IMG/VR virus record: IMGVR_UViG_3300046460_000418
DNA length: 48,701 nucleotides
Strand: one strand, 5' to 3'
Source: a virus
Taxonomy: Duplodnaviria > Heunggongvirae > Uroviricota > Caudoviricetes
Positions 26,110-37,630 of the stretch are shown here, piece after piece. Below the pieces are notes generated by a model. That model was given only the letters and a program-made list of their open reading frames with translations, was not told where the DNA came from and did not search any database. Position 1 is the stretch's first letter. The number at the start of each line of letters is the position of its first letter. The position numbers were made by a program, and so were the translations under genes.

Positions 26110-28056
26110 ATGATCATCACCAAACGCGTTCTTCCAGCCCTTTTCTTCGCCCTCGTTTCAACAACGGCCTTCGCTGCCGTCAATGGCCCAGTGAAATCCG
26201 TGACCTTGTCGTCCGGTGGCCTTGCCGAGATCGTCAGGTCAGCCGAGATCGGCAAAGACTCCGAAATCACGATTGAAGTCCCACTCGACCAGATTGACGA
26301 TGTCCTGAAAAGCCTGGTCGTCCGTGACGAGAAGGGGCAGGTAAAGAACCTGTCGCTTGCGGGTCCAAATCCGCTGGAAGAGACCTTCCGGACGCTTCCG
26401 TTCAAGGCTTCGGACCTGTCCTCCATGCCGAAGCTGCTGGATGCCATCAAGGGAGCGCGGGTCAAGGCAGGTGACAAAGAAGGTGTCGTTCTCGGCGTAA
26501 CCGCCAGCGAAGGCGAAAAGACGGCCAAGACCTGGCAACTATCCCTGATGACGGATGACGGGGAAATCGCCATGGCACCGGTACCGGGAACAAAGGTCGA
26601 AATCCTCGACGCCACGGTCAAGACCAAACTCAAGACGGCGATGGATGTGATCGCCAAAGGCAATACCGACGGCGCACGAACCGTGACCTTGAAACTGGAC
26701 GGCGCGGTCGCGCGGGAGGTTGATATCTCCTACGTGGTTCCAGCACCGATCTGGAAGACGTCATACCGGCTTGTAACCAGCAAGGAAGGTGAGGTTAGGC
26801 TGCAGGCTTGGGCCGTTTTCGAGAATGCCTCTGGAGAGGACTGGAACGACGTGGGCGTGACACTCTCCTCTGGCAAGCCGGTGACCCTCAAGCAGGCGCT
26901 GCACCAACATTTCATGCGAGATCGCACCGAAGTGCCCGTCGACACGGCAGCGGCGAACCTGCCAGTTGGGGCGATGGCAAAGCCGATGATGGCTAAGCGC
27001 AATTTCGGCATCTCAAATCTGGCGGAAGCAGCGCCAATGGCAGATATGATGGCTATGGAGGCCCCGTCTCCAGCTCCTTTCGCGATGGCTGGTGGCCAGC
27101 AGGCAAATGCAGCTGAGCAGGACGTGACGTCGACTTTCGCTCTGAAAGGTACCTACGACATCAAGAATGGCGACACGATCTCTGTTCCGATCATCGACCA
27201 GGGTGTGAAGGCTGAGATGGTGTCGCTTTACCGAGCGGGCATGGCAAGCGGGCATCCGGTCGCCGCCGCTCTGATCGAAAACAATGCCGGGATCAGCCTG
27301 CCGCCGGGCATCATGACCGTTTACGACGATAACGTCGGATATGTCGGCGACGCGCAGATCAATGGCCTTCCCCGCGACGAGAAACAGTCGGTGAGCTTTG
27401 CGGTCGACCAGAAAGTCAACGTCGACGCGTCGGTGAAGACCAGCCAGAACATTGTCAGCCTCAAGGTGGTCGATGGCATGATCCATACCAAGTCGTCGAC
27501 TGTCGAGGCGGCGGCCTACGCGATAACCGGTGCTCAGGACGGCGAGCGGACGGTCGTGCTCGAAGTTCCCAAGCGCAGTGGCTGGACATTCAAGGCCGAA
27601 GCGCAGGACGAGGCGACCGTCAGCGACTATCGGATCAAGACCAAATTGAAGGCGGGTGAAAAGAAGACTGTCGAAACACGGTTCGAGTTGGTCAATGACG
27701 AGACCATTTCATTGATCGACGCGGACGCCTTCACCTTGGTGGCTTGGCAAAAGGCAGCAGCCGATAGCGATACAAAGGCGAAGCTTGCCGAGTTGGCAAA
27801 GGCTCGACGTAGCCAGAACGATGCCCAGGTGAAGCTGCAGGTGCTCGATCAGGACTACAGCCGAACGGCGGAAGAGCAGGGTCGTGTTCGGGAAAATCTG
27901 CAGGCAGTCGGTGACGGCGACACGAAAAATCGCTTCGATAAGCAGCTCAACGTGTTGGAAGACAAGCTCTCCTCAATCGAGGATCAGCGGGTCGAGCAGC
28001 GCAAGGTTCTGGATGACTTCACGGCAAAGGTGGGCAACATCATCAGGACCTTCTAA
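26110..28056 (+). CDS. Exported DUF4139/DUF4140-like protein
   Basis: Signal peptide MIITKRVLPALFFALVSTTAFA; DDVLKSL, WKTSYRL, ENASGEDWNDVGVTLSSG; C-terminal coiled coil. Confidence 0.8.
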   Translation: MIITKRVLPALFFALVSTTAFAAVNGPVKSVTLSSGGLAEIVRSAEIGKDSEITIEVPLDQIDDVLKSLVVRDEKGQVKNLSLAGPNPLEETFRTLPFKASDLSSMPKLLDAIKGARVKAGDKEGVVLGVTASEGEKTAKTWQLSLMTDDGEIAMAPVPGTKVEILDATVKTKLKTAMDVIAKGNTDGARTVTLKLDGAVAREVDISYVVPAPIWKTSYRLVTSKEGEVRLQAWAVFENASGEDWNDVGVTLSSGKPVTLKQALHQHFMRDRTEVPVDTAAANLPVGAMAKPMMAKRNFGISNLAEAAPMADMMAMEAPSPAPFAMAGGQQANAAEQDVTSTFALKGTYDIKNGDTISVPIIDQGVKAEMVSLYRAGMASGHPVAAALIENNAGISLPPGIMTVYDDNVGYVGDAQINGLPRDEKQSVSFAVDQKVNVDASVKTSQNIVSLKVVDGMIHTKSSTVEAAAYAITGAQDGERTVVLEVPKRSGWTFKAEAQDEATVSDYRIKTKLKAGEKKTVETRFELVNDETISLIDADAFTLVAWQKAAADSDTKAKLAELAKARRSQNDAQVKLQVLDQDYSRTAEEQGRVRENLQAVGDGDTKNRFDKQLNVLEDKLSSIEDQRVEQRKVLDDFTAKVGNIIRTF

Positions 28057-28072
28057 GGTCGAGAAACCATGC

Positions 28073-29722
28073 TCAAACTTCGGGGCGAGGTGTCGGGATC
28101 GGCATCTTGCTCGAAACAGCTTCGGCAGCGAGATTTGCCGGGGCTTTATTCGCAATGCGCGACGTAAAAGGGCGCGGGGCGGGGAGGCCGGTCGAAACCG
28201 CGTCCCATATTCGGGTGTTTCTCAGGATGTTACCGAGAACCTGCATGCCCGGCTGAACGGCTATCGCCTTTTCAAGAACAACCGCATAGACACCTGTCTG
28301 GCTTATCGACCGAAAAGCGTCCGTTGTCGTGACCGGGTTGCCCCATAGGAGCGCCATGGCTGTCACGGATGCGAGGACCATGCCACCGAAACCATACTTG
28401 CGCTTACTGTAAGCGTTCGTCATGTGACCGCGCATGAAGCCGAAAGCCTGGAACAGATAGGACGACAGCTTGAAGATATGCAGTGCGGCACCGGCCAGTG
28501 ACAGTAGGATCGCAAGCGAGGGAAGCGTAGCAGCCTGATAGGCGCTGCGGCCCTTTGCACCGGCAACGGCACCGTCAAAAGTGGTCGCGTCGCTGGCCAT
28601 CTTCACGAAGTCGTTGCGGATAGATGCCACGGCTGGATTGAAGATGATCGACTGGAAGGCCGCATCCGACATCGAAGGCGAAATGGTGCCCGGACCAAAC
28701 TTGAAGCCGAGCGTGTGCGTGATCTCATCGCGGAGCCTGCTCTGAATGACAGGATTGGCGAGGAAGGCGTCGAACGACTGGGCAGGTTCGATGAAACCGT
28801 CACCACCAAGGACAGAGTTCACCTTGTCGGCGTAGCCCCTGCGAATTTCAGCAGAGGCTTTCTGAGTGTAGGCAATCATGAAGCCGTTCTTATCAACAAT
28901 ATTCCAGTTGCTGGAGATGCCAGGTAGTCGAGCAATTACTTCGTTGCGGATTGAAGCGGTCGTCCAGCCACGTAGGGGAATGCCCTCGGGGTACTTCTTG
29001 TTCAGGTCGTTGATATAGTCCGTCCATTCGGCCTCGCCGTCCTTGTAGATGGACTTCGTGCGCTTGACGTATTCGTCCGAACCATCAGCGTATTGATTAT
29101 AGCTCTCACGGACACGGTTGAAGTTCATACCGAAGAAAGCTTTGCGGAAATCGGACATTGTACCGATGGAACGGTCCGCCTCTTCAAGGGCCAGGCTTTC
29201 GATGGATGTCGACAGGCTGTTGGCAAACAGAGTCGTGTTGGCAGCCATCGGCGCGGTAGCAACAAGGGCCCGCCAGGCTGCATTGTCGTTTTGCGGTGTC
29301 AGGTCGCCTATACCGAATGTCGCCAGCTTCTGGCGGGTTATGACGCCGACATAGGCGCTGCGCATATCCTCGTTCGAAGCAAGATCAGCCGAAATTTCTG
29401 CATAGGCCTTCAGTGAGCCGTAAGTGACGCCAACCGCTGCTATGGCAGCAAAGCCGCCCGTCAGAACCTGATTGCGAAAAGAACGACCCTGATATTTGAA
29501 CTTCGGAAGCAACTGACCAAGTACGGCGATGGCAACCGCGATACCGGTCATCATCCGGCCAAATTCCTCGACGCTCTGCATTTCAGCTGCAGTGGAAGAA
29601 CCGGACATGAACATGTTGAGATAGACGCTGAAGGGAATTTCGACCGACAGATAGGCGAAAGTGACGACAATCATGAAGCGGATGTAGCCTGGAATCCATT
29701 TGATGTCAGATATCAGTTTCAC
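28073..29722 (-). CDS. Hypothetical membrane protein (N- and C-terminal TM clusters around a large soluble domain)
   Basis: Hydrophobic segments at residues about 15-110 and 400-460; 549-aa ORF. Confidence 0.75.
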   Translation of the reverse strand: MKLISDIKWIPGYIRFMIVVTFAYLSVEIPFSVYLNMFMSGSSTAAEMQSVEEFGRMMTGIAVAIAVLGQLLPKFKYQGRSFRNQVLTGGFAAIAAVGVTYGSLKAYAEISADLASNEDMRSAYVGVITRQKLATFGIGDLTPQNDNAAWRALVATAPMAANTTLFANSLSTSIESLALEEADRSIGTMSDFRKAFFGMNFNRVRESYNQYADGSDEYVKRTKSIYKDGEAEWTDYINDLNKKYPEGIPLRGWTTASIRNEVIARLPGISSNWNIVDKNGFMIAYTQKASAEIRRGYADKVNSVLGGDGFIEPAQSFDAFLANPVIQSRLRDEITHTLGFKFGPGTISPSMSDAAFQSIIFNPAVASIRNDFVKMASDATTFDGAVAGAKGRSAYQAATLPSLAILLSLAGAALHIFKLSSYLFQAFGFMRGHMTNAYSKRKYGFGGMVLASVTAMALLWGNPVTTTDAFRSISQTGVYAVVLEKAIAVQPGMQVLGNILRNTRIWDAVSTGLPAPRPFTSRIANKAPANLAAEAVSSKMPIPTPRPEV

Positions 29723-29748
29723 GCGGCGCTTCCTTGCTTCGTCTCAAT

Positions 29749-29798
29749 AATGTCAACATTACACAAAGAGGCGACTCACACAAAGAGAAATGTCAACA
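29749..29798. repeat. A-B-B-A arrangement of two 10-bp direct repeats
   Basis: AATGTCAACA at 29749 and 29789; ACACAAAGAG at 29761 and 29778. Confidence 0.7.
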
Positions 29799-29986
29799 CT
29801 TTCGCCATACGGCTCCCTTCTTCACGACGAAGGTTAACGCGAGGTAAACACGCTCCATCCATGCCTTCGACGTGTTGCAACAATCAAAATGGCGGCATTT
29901 GACGCCCATTTGGCCTTCTACCTGTCCCTGGCTTGTTGTCGGCAAAATCCCCGGTATATAAGGGGCTGGTTGAGGGAGTGGATGAC

Positions 29987-31021
29987 ATGAAGATCGGCGA
30001 TCTAAAAAAGGCGGTGACCGCCGCCAAGTCGAATTGGACGCCAACGGGCTCATGGATGGGTTTTACGCCCGAGAACGGCGATCTTTATTCGCGCAATTCA
30101 TGCCAGAGCACCATCCAGCGACAATTCGGTGATGGCTACGTGCTCGAATATATAACCGGCCAATATGGGGAGCCCAACAAGGGCTTCGAAGACCACCCTC
30201 GATACCTGGAGCACAAGGCACAGCACGGTGAGGTCGCTGGCAAGCTGTTGGCAATCCACCGCCTCTACACCACCTCCAAGCCCTTGGAAAAGATGATCCC
30301 GGCTGACGAATTCGAGACACTGCAGGACATGTGGGCGGAAGGCAGCAAAAGGCATCGTTGGGCCGTCGCGTTCCCGGTCGTCGAAACCTACAGGATCGTC
30401 GGACAGCCAGTTGCAAGTGAGGTGTTCGGCAATCGCTTCCGGCATTTCGCCGGACATCCGGCAGCAACGCTCCGGCCGTTGAAGGACGAGGATCGAGCCC
30501 TACTGTCTTCGCTTGAAATTGAGCGGGTCGCCACCGCGAATGCATGGATCGCCATGGATGACGAGTTCGTCAAAGCCGAAGGCAGTCAGATCGACCCTCG
30601 TATCGACCGCTCCATCGAAGATGATCTGCGCCAGAACGCACTCGAAGGCTTCACTGAAGAGGTCAAAGGCAAAATCAAACGACGGGCGAAATGGCTGGCT
30701 GACCTGTTTGTCCGTAAACGACAGAGGTCAAAGACGCTGTTTTGTGACGACTGTGGATTCGATCCTGTGCAAGCAATCGATTGTAGCGTCGTGAAGCCGC
30801 GCAGCCTCTTGGACGTCCACCATCTCCATCCGCTAGAGGAGGGCGTCAGGATTACCAGTATCGAAGATTTCGCGCTTCTTTGCCCGACCTGCCATCGGGT
30901 CGAGCATGCAAGGCTACGGGCAAACCTGCCTAAAAGGGTGATGGAAACACAAACTGGGGGATCACTCATATGTTTTAGCTCGCGTTTTACCCGGCACCCT
31001 TTGAGGGGTGGCGGTTTGTAA
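29987..31021 (+). CDS. HNH endonuclease with uncharacterised N-terminal domain
   Basis: C-terminal CDDCGFD..LDVHHLHPL..FALLCPTCHRVEH; GAGGGAG SD before ATG 29987. Confidence 0.85.
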   Translation: MKIGDLKKAVTAAKSNWTPTGSWMGFTPENGDLYSRNSCQSTIQRQFGDGYVLEYITGQYGEPNKGFEDHPRYLEHKAQHGEVAGKLLAIHRLYTTSKPLEKMIPADEFETLQDMWAEGSKRHRWAVAFPVVETYRIVGQPVASEVFGNRFRHFAGHPAATLRPLKDEDRALLSSLEIERVATANAWIAMDDEFVKAEGSQIDPRIDRSIEDDLRQNALEGFTEEVKGKIKRRAKWLADLFVRKRQRSKTLFCDDCGFDPVQAIDCSVVKPRSLLDVHHLHPLEEGVRITSIEDFALLCPTCHRVEHARLRANLPKRVMETQTGGSLICFSSRFTRHPLRGGGL

Positions 31022-31130
31022 ACGAATTTAGTTTGCGCTCAACGGTCGCGTGTTCCCGCAAATCGGAGCCAAAGAAAATGGGGCCCCGGTAAGGAGCCCC
31101 ATTGGCATCTTTGAAGTCGTGGCGGTCGGA

Positions 31131-32291
<1,161 letters not shown>

Positions 32292-34448
32292 TTACAAGCT
32301 GCAGGAGACGCAACCCTGGACTTCCGTGCCTTCGAGCGAAGACTGACGGACGCGCCAGTAGTAGACGGTCTTGCAACCCTTGGCCTTGGCGTAAACCGTG
32401 GCGCGGGTCAGATCGCGAGTGGATGCCTTCTCGGTGACGAACAGTGTCAGGGACAGGCCCTGATCGACATGCTGACCAGCCTCGGCATAGGTGTCAATGA
32501 TCCGCTTCGGGCCGACATCAAACGCGCTCTCGTAATATTCGAGATTGTCGTTGGTCATGAACGGAGCCGGGTAATAGCAGCGACCGGTCTTGCCCTCCTT
32601 GCGGGTCTCGACCTTGTCGATGATCGGATGGATCGATGACGTCGAGTTGTTGATGTAGGAAATCGAGCCGGTCGGCGGGACAGCCTGAAGGTTCTGATTA
32701 TAGAGACCGAACTTCATGACGCTGGCCTTCAACTCCTGCCAGTCTTCCTGGGTCGGAATATGGATGCCTGCGTCGGAGAAGATTTTCTTGATCTTGTCGG
32801 TGCGCGGACGCCAGATGCCGTTCGTGTACTTGTCGAAATATTCGCCGGAAGCGTATTTCGAATTGCGGAAATTGCGGAAGGTTGTGCCGCGCTCCTTGGC
32901 GATCATGTTTGAGGCGCGGATGGCGTGGAACGTGACCGTGTAGAAGTACATGTTGGTGAAGTCCAGGCCTTCTTCCGAGCCGTAATAGATGCGCTCGCGA
33001 GCAAGGTAACCGTGCAAGTTCATGCCACCGAGACCGACCGCATGAGCACCTTCGTTGCCGTGGCGAACAGAGGGAACTTCTTCGATGCTGGACTGGTCGG
33101 ACACGGCTGTCAGGGCGCGGATCGAAGTTTCGATGGAGAGGCCGAAATTCGGGCTGTCCATGGTCTTGGCAATGTTCTGGGAGCCAAGGTTGCAGGAAAT
33201 GTCGATGCCGGTGACGTTGTGCGAGCCATCGCGATTGAAGGTGCTCGCGCTGTTGACCTGCAGGATTTCCGAGCAAAGGTTGCTCATGTTGATGCGACCC
33301 TCAATCGGGTTCGCACGGTTGGCGTTGTCTTCGAACAGCATGTAGGGATAGCCGCTCTCGAACTGCAGCTCATGCAGGGTTTCGAACAGCTTGCGAGCGC
33401 TGATCTTCGTCTTCTTGATCCGACGGTCATCGACCAGCGTGTAGTACATCTCCGTGATCGAAATGTCCGACATCGGCTTTCCGTAGACGCGCTCGATATC
33501 GTAAGGTGAGAACAGATACATATCCTCGTCCTTGGCAGCCAGTTCGAACGTGATGTCCGGAATGACGACGCCGAGCGACAGGCGCTTGATGCGGACCGCT
33601 TCGTCGGCATTTTCGCGCTTGGTATCGAGGAACTTCATGATGTCGGGATGGTGGACGTTGAGGTACACAGCGGCAGCGCCATCGCGGGCACCAAGCTGGT
33701 TGGCATAAGAGGAGTCGTTTTCAAAAATCTTCATGACCGGAACGACGCCCGATGCCTGGTTTTCGATGCGCTTGATCGGCGCGTACTGTTCGCGAAGGTT
33801 CGTCAGCAGGACGGCAACACCGCCACCGGCCTTCGATAGGTCGCGGACAGCATTCGAAGCTGCGTTGATCGACTTCATGGAGTCTTCGACGCGGATCAAG
33901 AAGCAGGAAACGAGTTCGCCGCGCTGCTTCTTGCCAGCGTTAAGGAAAGTTGGTGTCGCAGGCTGAAAGCGGCCGGAAATGATCTCTTCGACGAAGTTCT
34001 GCGCCAGGCGCTCATCGCCAGCGGCCAGTGCAAGAGCGACCATGCAGACGCGATCCTCAAACCGTTCCAGGTAACGCTTGCCGTCAAAAGTCTTGAGGGT
34101 GTAGGAGCGATAATATTTGAACGCGCCGAAGAACGTTTCGAAACGAAATTTCTTCGCATAAGCCTGCTTGAACAGCGACTTGATGAACGAAAAGGAATAC
34201 CGGTCAAGGACCTCCTGCTCGTAATATTGATTTTCGACCAGATAATCGAGCTTTTCCTTGAGGTCGTGGAAAAACATCGTGTTCTGATTGACGTGCTGAA
34301 GGAAATACTGGCGAGCAGCTTCCTTGTCAGCGTCGAACTGAATCTTGCCGTGCTCATCGAAGAGATTGAGCATTGCATTCAGTCCATGAAAGTCGAGGTC
34401 CATGCCGTCAAATCGGCTAGGCTGTTTTACTTTTCTTGCGAGTTCCAT
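32292..34448 (-). CDS. nrdE: Class Ib ribonucleotide reductase alpha subunit
   Basis: [46 protein letters not shown]-terminal CVSC. Confidence 0.97.
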   Translation of the reverse strand: MELARKVKQPSRFDGMDLDFHGLNAMLNLFDEHGKIQFDADKEAARQYFLQHVNQNTMFFHDLKEKLDYLVENQYYEQEVLDRYSFSFIKSLFKQAYAKKFRFETFFGAFKYYRSYTLKTFDGKRYLERFEDRVCMVALALAAGDERLAQNFVEEIISGRFQPATPTFLNAGKKQRGELVSCFLIRVEDSMKSINAASNAVRDLSKAGGGVAVLLTNLREQYAPIKRIENQASGVVPVMKIFENDSSYANQLGARDGAAAVYLNVHHPDIMKFLDTKRENADEAVRIKRLSLGVVIPDITFELAAKDEDMYLFSPYDIERVYGKPMSDISITEMYYTLVDDRRIKKTKISARKLFETLHELQFESGYPYMLFEDNANRANPIEGRINMSNLCSEILQVNSASTFNRDGSHNVTGIDISCNLGSQNIAKTMDSPNFGLSIETSIRALTAVSDQSSIEEVPSVRHGNEGAHAVGLGGMNLHGYLARERIYYGSEEGLDFTNMYFYTVTFHAIRASNMIAKERGTTFRNFRNSKYASGEYFDKYTNGIWRPRTDKIKKIFSDAGIHIPTQEDWQELKASVMKFGLYNQNLQAVPPTGSISYINNSTSSIHPIIDKVETRKEGKTGRCYYPAPFMTNDNLEYYESAFDVGPKRIIDTYAEAGQHVDQGLSLTLFVTEKASTRDLTRATVYAKAKGCKTVYYWRVRQSSLEGTEVQGCVSCSL

Positions 34449-34840
34449 TCTTCCGTTTCCATCCCGTGTTTCACATATTGGACGTCTTCGTCCGTTCCAA
34501 GCAGCTCAAAACGATAGAGAAGCGGAACATTGCATTTCTCAGCGACGCGTTTGCCGCCAATCCCGTACATTCGGCCGAAGTTTGTGTTCCCGCCCGCAAT
34601 GACACCGCGAAGGAGATCGCGGTTCTTTTGTTCGTTCAGAAAGCGGACGACCTGTTTCGGGACCGCACCTTTCCCATCGGCCCCGGCAAAGGTCGGAGTT
34701 ATCAGGACAAAGGGAGCATCGACTTCAGGGTCTTCTTCCTTTGGCGAGATCGGTATCCTCTTTGCGTTCAGTCCAAGACGCTGGACGAACCGATGCGTGT
34801 TGTTGGATTGACTAGAAAAATACACGATCTCGCTTGGCAT
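34427..34840 (-). CDS. nrdI: Flavodoxin-like NrdI
   Basis: [38 protein letters not shown]. Confidence 0.95.
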   Translation of the reverse strand: MPSEIVYFSSQSNNTHRFVQRLGLNAKRIPISPKEEDPEVDAPFVLITPTFAGADGKGAVPKQVVRFLNEQKNRDLLRGVIAGGNTNFGRMYGIGGKRVAEKCNVPLLYRFELLGTDEDVQYVKHGMETEEWNSQEK

Positions 34841-34851
34841 TTCACAATGCC

Positions 34852-35076
34852 TTAGGCAGCGATCTTGTTGATCATGTCCGGACGGAAACCGGCCCAATGC
34901 TGCGTGCCAGCCATGACGACCGGAACCTGCTGATAGCCCATACCCTTAACCAGCGCCATCGCATCGGCATCCTCGCTGATATCAACCTTCTCATAGGCGA
35001 TACCCTTCTTGTCGAGAGCCTTCATGGTAGCGACGCACTGGCCGCAGGACTTGGTGCTATAAACGATAACCGACAT
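34852..35076 (-). CDS. nrdH: Glutaredoxin-like NrdH
   Basis: CGQC motif, [14 protein letters not shown]; first gene of nrdHIEF. Confidence 0.95.
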   Translation of the reverse strand: MSVIVYSTKSCGQCVATMKALDKKGIAYEKVDISEDADAMALVKGMGYQQVPVVMAGTQHWAGFRPDMINKIAA

Positions 35077-35459
35077 TTTCTTTCCTTACTTTCCTGTTCG
35101 CTGTCATCCGAAAGCGGAGAGGGTGCCTCATCCCATCCAGGCAGTACCTGTGGGTCTAAAGGGCGCACAAAACGCTTCCGATGATTTAACCTGCCCCGAC
35201 AGGAGCAGGTATTGCAGACCTCTTGGGTCCCGAGTGGATTAATGTTCTAGGCCGCCTTCGCATCGGTCAATTGCCTTCTTTGCAAGTCAGTTAGGAAAAC
35301 TTAGCAAGACGGTTGACCCCGATACGGGTGGGCGGGCTCGGTAAAGATATTGCCTCCACAAAAATAATTGTGAAAGACTTATGACAATTTTTCTTGACAC
35401 TCAGTAATCCCCTGCAAATCCCACAGTTTGTAGAAATTCGCGCCAAAAAAGCTTTCGGC

Positions 35460-35475
35460 CGACTAGATGTAGTAG
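35460..35475 (-). promoter_or_regulatory. Candidate NrdR box upstream of nrdHIEF
   Basis: Minus strand CTACTACATCTAGTCG fits the acaCwAtATaTwGtg consensus core; weaker copy TTTCTACAAACTGTGG at 35421-35436. Confidence 0.45.
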
Positions 35476-35679
35476 GTGAGTGTGGCCAGAGGAAATTAAA
35501 AAATAAATCTGTTGACTAAGGAAATGTGTCCGACATTTTTCGAACGCTCTGATCTTGCTGGTAATTCTATGCAATCCTGGTGACAGGCTGCACCCCATAT
35601 CTCAATGCGTCGGTTTTCTCGACAAGAGACCGCGCCGAAGTGTCATCCGTACCGATGCCCTAACATATGGTTTCGGCAC

Positions 35680-35976
35680 TTAGTCTGCGAAGACGATTGG
35701 ACACCCAAGTGCTTGTGCGGCGCGGGGGGACGGAACCGGAATGTTGGATATCGACCGAGCGCCACCACTGGATCGACCGCCAACATCTGGAGCGTAGACA
35801 GCAGGTGCCCGGGAAGGTGCAACAGCGACACCTGGAGGCGGAGCCAACTCACTGCGGCCGACAGCCCCGACCGGAGCTGCAACCCCTGGAGCGGCGCGGG
35901 TAATCGTTGCCTCGAACGCAAAGGACGGGACCGCGCAAACGGCAGCGAGTGCGAAAGCAAGAATGATGATTTTCAT
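35680..35976 (-). CDS. Small secreted Ala/Pro-rich protein
   Basis: Signal peptide MKIIILAFALAAVCAVPSFA; ATGA overlap with the upstream gene stop. Confidence 0.6.
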   Translation of the reverse strand: MKIIILAFALAAVCAVPSFAFEATITRAAPGVAAPVGAVGRSELAPPPGVAVAPSRAPAVYAPDVGGRSSGGARSISNIPVPSPRAAQALGCPIVFAD

Positions 35977-36527
35977 TTCGACGCCCGGGAAATGGATTGA
36001 TCGAAGACTTCCTTGAGAAACCGCACACCGGCTTCGGCGCGGCCCGTGTGACCATGCTTCAGCCTTGCGGCCGTGAATATTTCCTCGCCCGCTGCGCTGT
36101 TGAGCCCAACAAGGCGCTGGAGACGTGTCAGTGAGAGGATTTCGTAGGTTCTCGGACGCTTGGCAGCCTTGTGCAACATATCGAGCCAGAGCGTGTCGTG
36201 CTCGACTGCATCGGTAAACACCACGCGCTTCTCCATAAAGTGCTGAAGGTGAGCGGCAACCGAGAGCACATCGTGGCCGAAGCGTTTCAGATCATGGATG
36301 GAAAGGCCGTGCATGCATTCGGCGACTTCGTCCCAGTGGTTCTGGTTCCAGGCGGCATCGGGCTTCACGACATAGGTTTCAATTTTGTCGCGATAATCGA
36401 AGGGGCCTGGCTCAAATACCAGCCAGCCGATCTCGACCGGGAACGAACCCGACATCAGGCCGGATGCTTTCACGTCAATCAGCGCGGTCTGCTTCTTGAT
36501 AGTATCGATGTCGACCATTTTGCGCAT
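35973..36527 (-). CDS. DEDDh 3'-5' exonuclease-like protein with degenerate ExoI motif
   Basis: LIDVKASG..FPVEIGW, HGLS, FTDAVEHD.LWL, HTGRAE; AAGGA SD before ATG 36527. Confidence 0.7.
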   Translation of the reverse strand: MRKMVDIDTIKKQTALIDVKASGLMSGSFPVEIGWLVFEPGPFDYRDKIETYVVKPDAAWNQNHWDEVAECMHGLSIHDLKRFGHDVLSVAAHLQHFMEKRVVFTDAVEHDTLWLDMLHKAAKRPRTYEILSLTRLQRLVGLNSAAGEEIFTAARLKHGHTGRAEAGVRFLKEVFDQSISRASK

Positions 36528-36618
36528 ACTTTCCTTATAGACATGATTACAGCGGCAATGACACAATCGGTCAACACCTTCGCGAGCTGTCAAAAACGTG
36601 ATTTCAAGGAGCCATGCC

Positions 36619-36999
36619 ATGCCCGATCAAGACCCGATTGATGTTGCCATCAAGGAAATCGCTTATATCGCGGGCACCACGTATGGCCTTCAGTCCATCA
36701 TGGAAGAGCACAGCGACACAAATGCCTTCAACTATCACGCCAAGGAATATTATCGCGGGCTTGCTCAGACCTATCAGAGTGCCGCCCGTAAAGCGCTTAC
36801 GGCATTGAAAGATGCAAAAGCGGCAGCGCCGGTTTCCGAAGAAGCAAGCGGCCTGACGGATGATCGAGAGATAAAGCAGCCAATCCCGACCTTCGCCAGA
36901 CGGATCGAGCCGGTCATACCAGTCACACGCGTCCGCATCCGGCGGGTCGGCGAAAAGTTTACGGCCGAAATTATTGACCGAAACGGGGCTGAAAAGTGA
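36619..36999 (+). CDS. Hypothetical protein
   Basis: AAGGAG SD upstream of ATGs at 36614/36619; in-frame ORF. Confidence 0.55.
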   Translation: MPDQDPIDVAIKEIAYIAGTTYGLQSIMEEHSDTNAFNYHAKEYYRGLAQTYQSAARKALTALKDAKAAAPVSEEASGLTDDREIKQPIPTFARRIEPVIPVTRVRIRRVGEKFTAEIIDRNGAEK

Positions 37000-37630
37000 A
37001 CTCGCTGGTACGAGCTGGTTTGAGAGACGGCATGTTTTCGAACGAATAGCCGACCACGTCGACAACGGCTTGACGATAAAGCGGGCCATTGACGAGATGA
37101 CGTGGGTCGTCATCGTGGTTTTGCGCGAAAATGCCCTTACCGACCTGGCGAAGCATGCCTTGCGTGATTTCGCCTGCGGTCAGCATCTTGCCATCGTGTC
37201 CGATAAAGAGGGCAACAGGCAGCGTTGCGCTGTCGTCGCCCATCAGCTTGATAAAACGGCGAACATCCGCTCTTCCACCGCTGGCAGCAACGATACCAAC
37301 CTTACGATCCTCGCCGATCTGAACGAACAGAAACGGGGTGCGTAGCGGGCCGTTTGAGTGGTTGACGTTGTTCTCGTTGATCAGCGGAGTAAGGCTATTG
37401 AAGGTCTTTGCCTTCATTTCCGTTACTGCACCGTAGTAGCCGACGGTGGCGACCTTTTCTTCAAATCCAAGATCGCCACCGGTACGCTCCGGTTCACGAC
37501 GGCCAGCATTGTTGAATTCGATCTCATTGATGAAATATTCGCCCGTCTGAACAAATGAGCGCGAAAAGTCGAGCGAGCCGTCATCGCGAAGAATTTGCAG
37601 CAGTGGAATTCGATAGCGGTTCGTTTGCAT
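36971..37630 (-). CDS. Hypothetical protein ending EFTFQPRFGQ
   Basis: 219-aa ORF, GAGGG SD; convergent 29-bp overlap with the previous gene. Confidence 0.7.
   Translation of the reverse strand: MQTNRYRIPLLQILRDDGSLDFSRSFVQTGEYFINEIEFNNAGRREPERTGGDLGFEEKVATVGYYGAVTEMKAKTFNSLTPLINENNVNHSNGPLRTPFLFVQIGEDRKVGIVAASGGRADVRRFIKLMGDDSATLPVALFIGHDGKMLTAGEITQGMLRQVGKGIFAQNHDDDPRHLVNGPLYRQAVVDVVGYSFENMPSLKPARTSEFTFQPRFGQ

Noticed and set aside
35077-35245. Cobalamin riboswitch upstream of nrdH
   Set aside because: Expected for some alphaproteobacterial nrd operons, but the B12-box and GGGAA..CCCGCAACTG core are not present.
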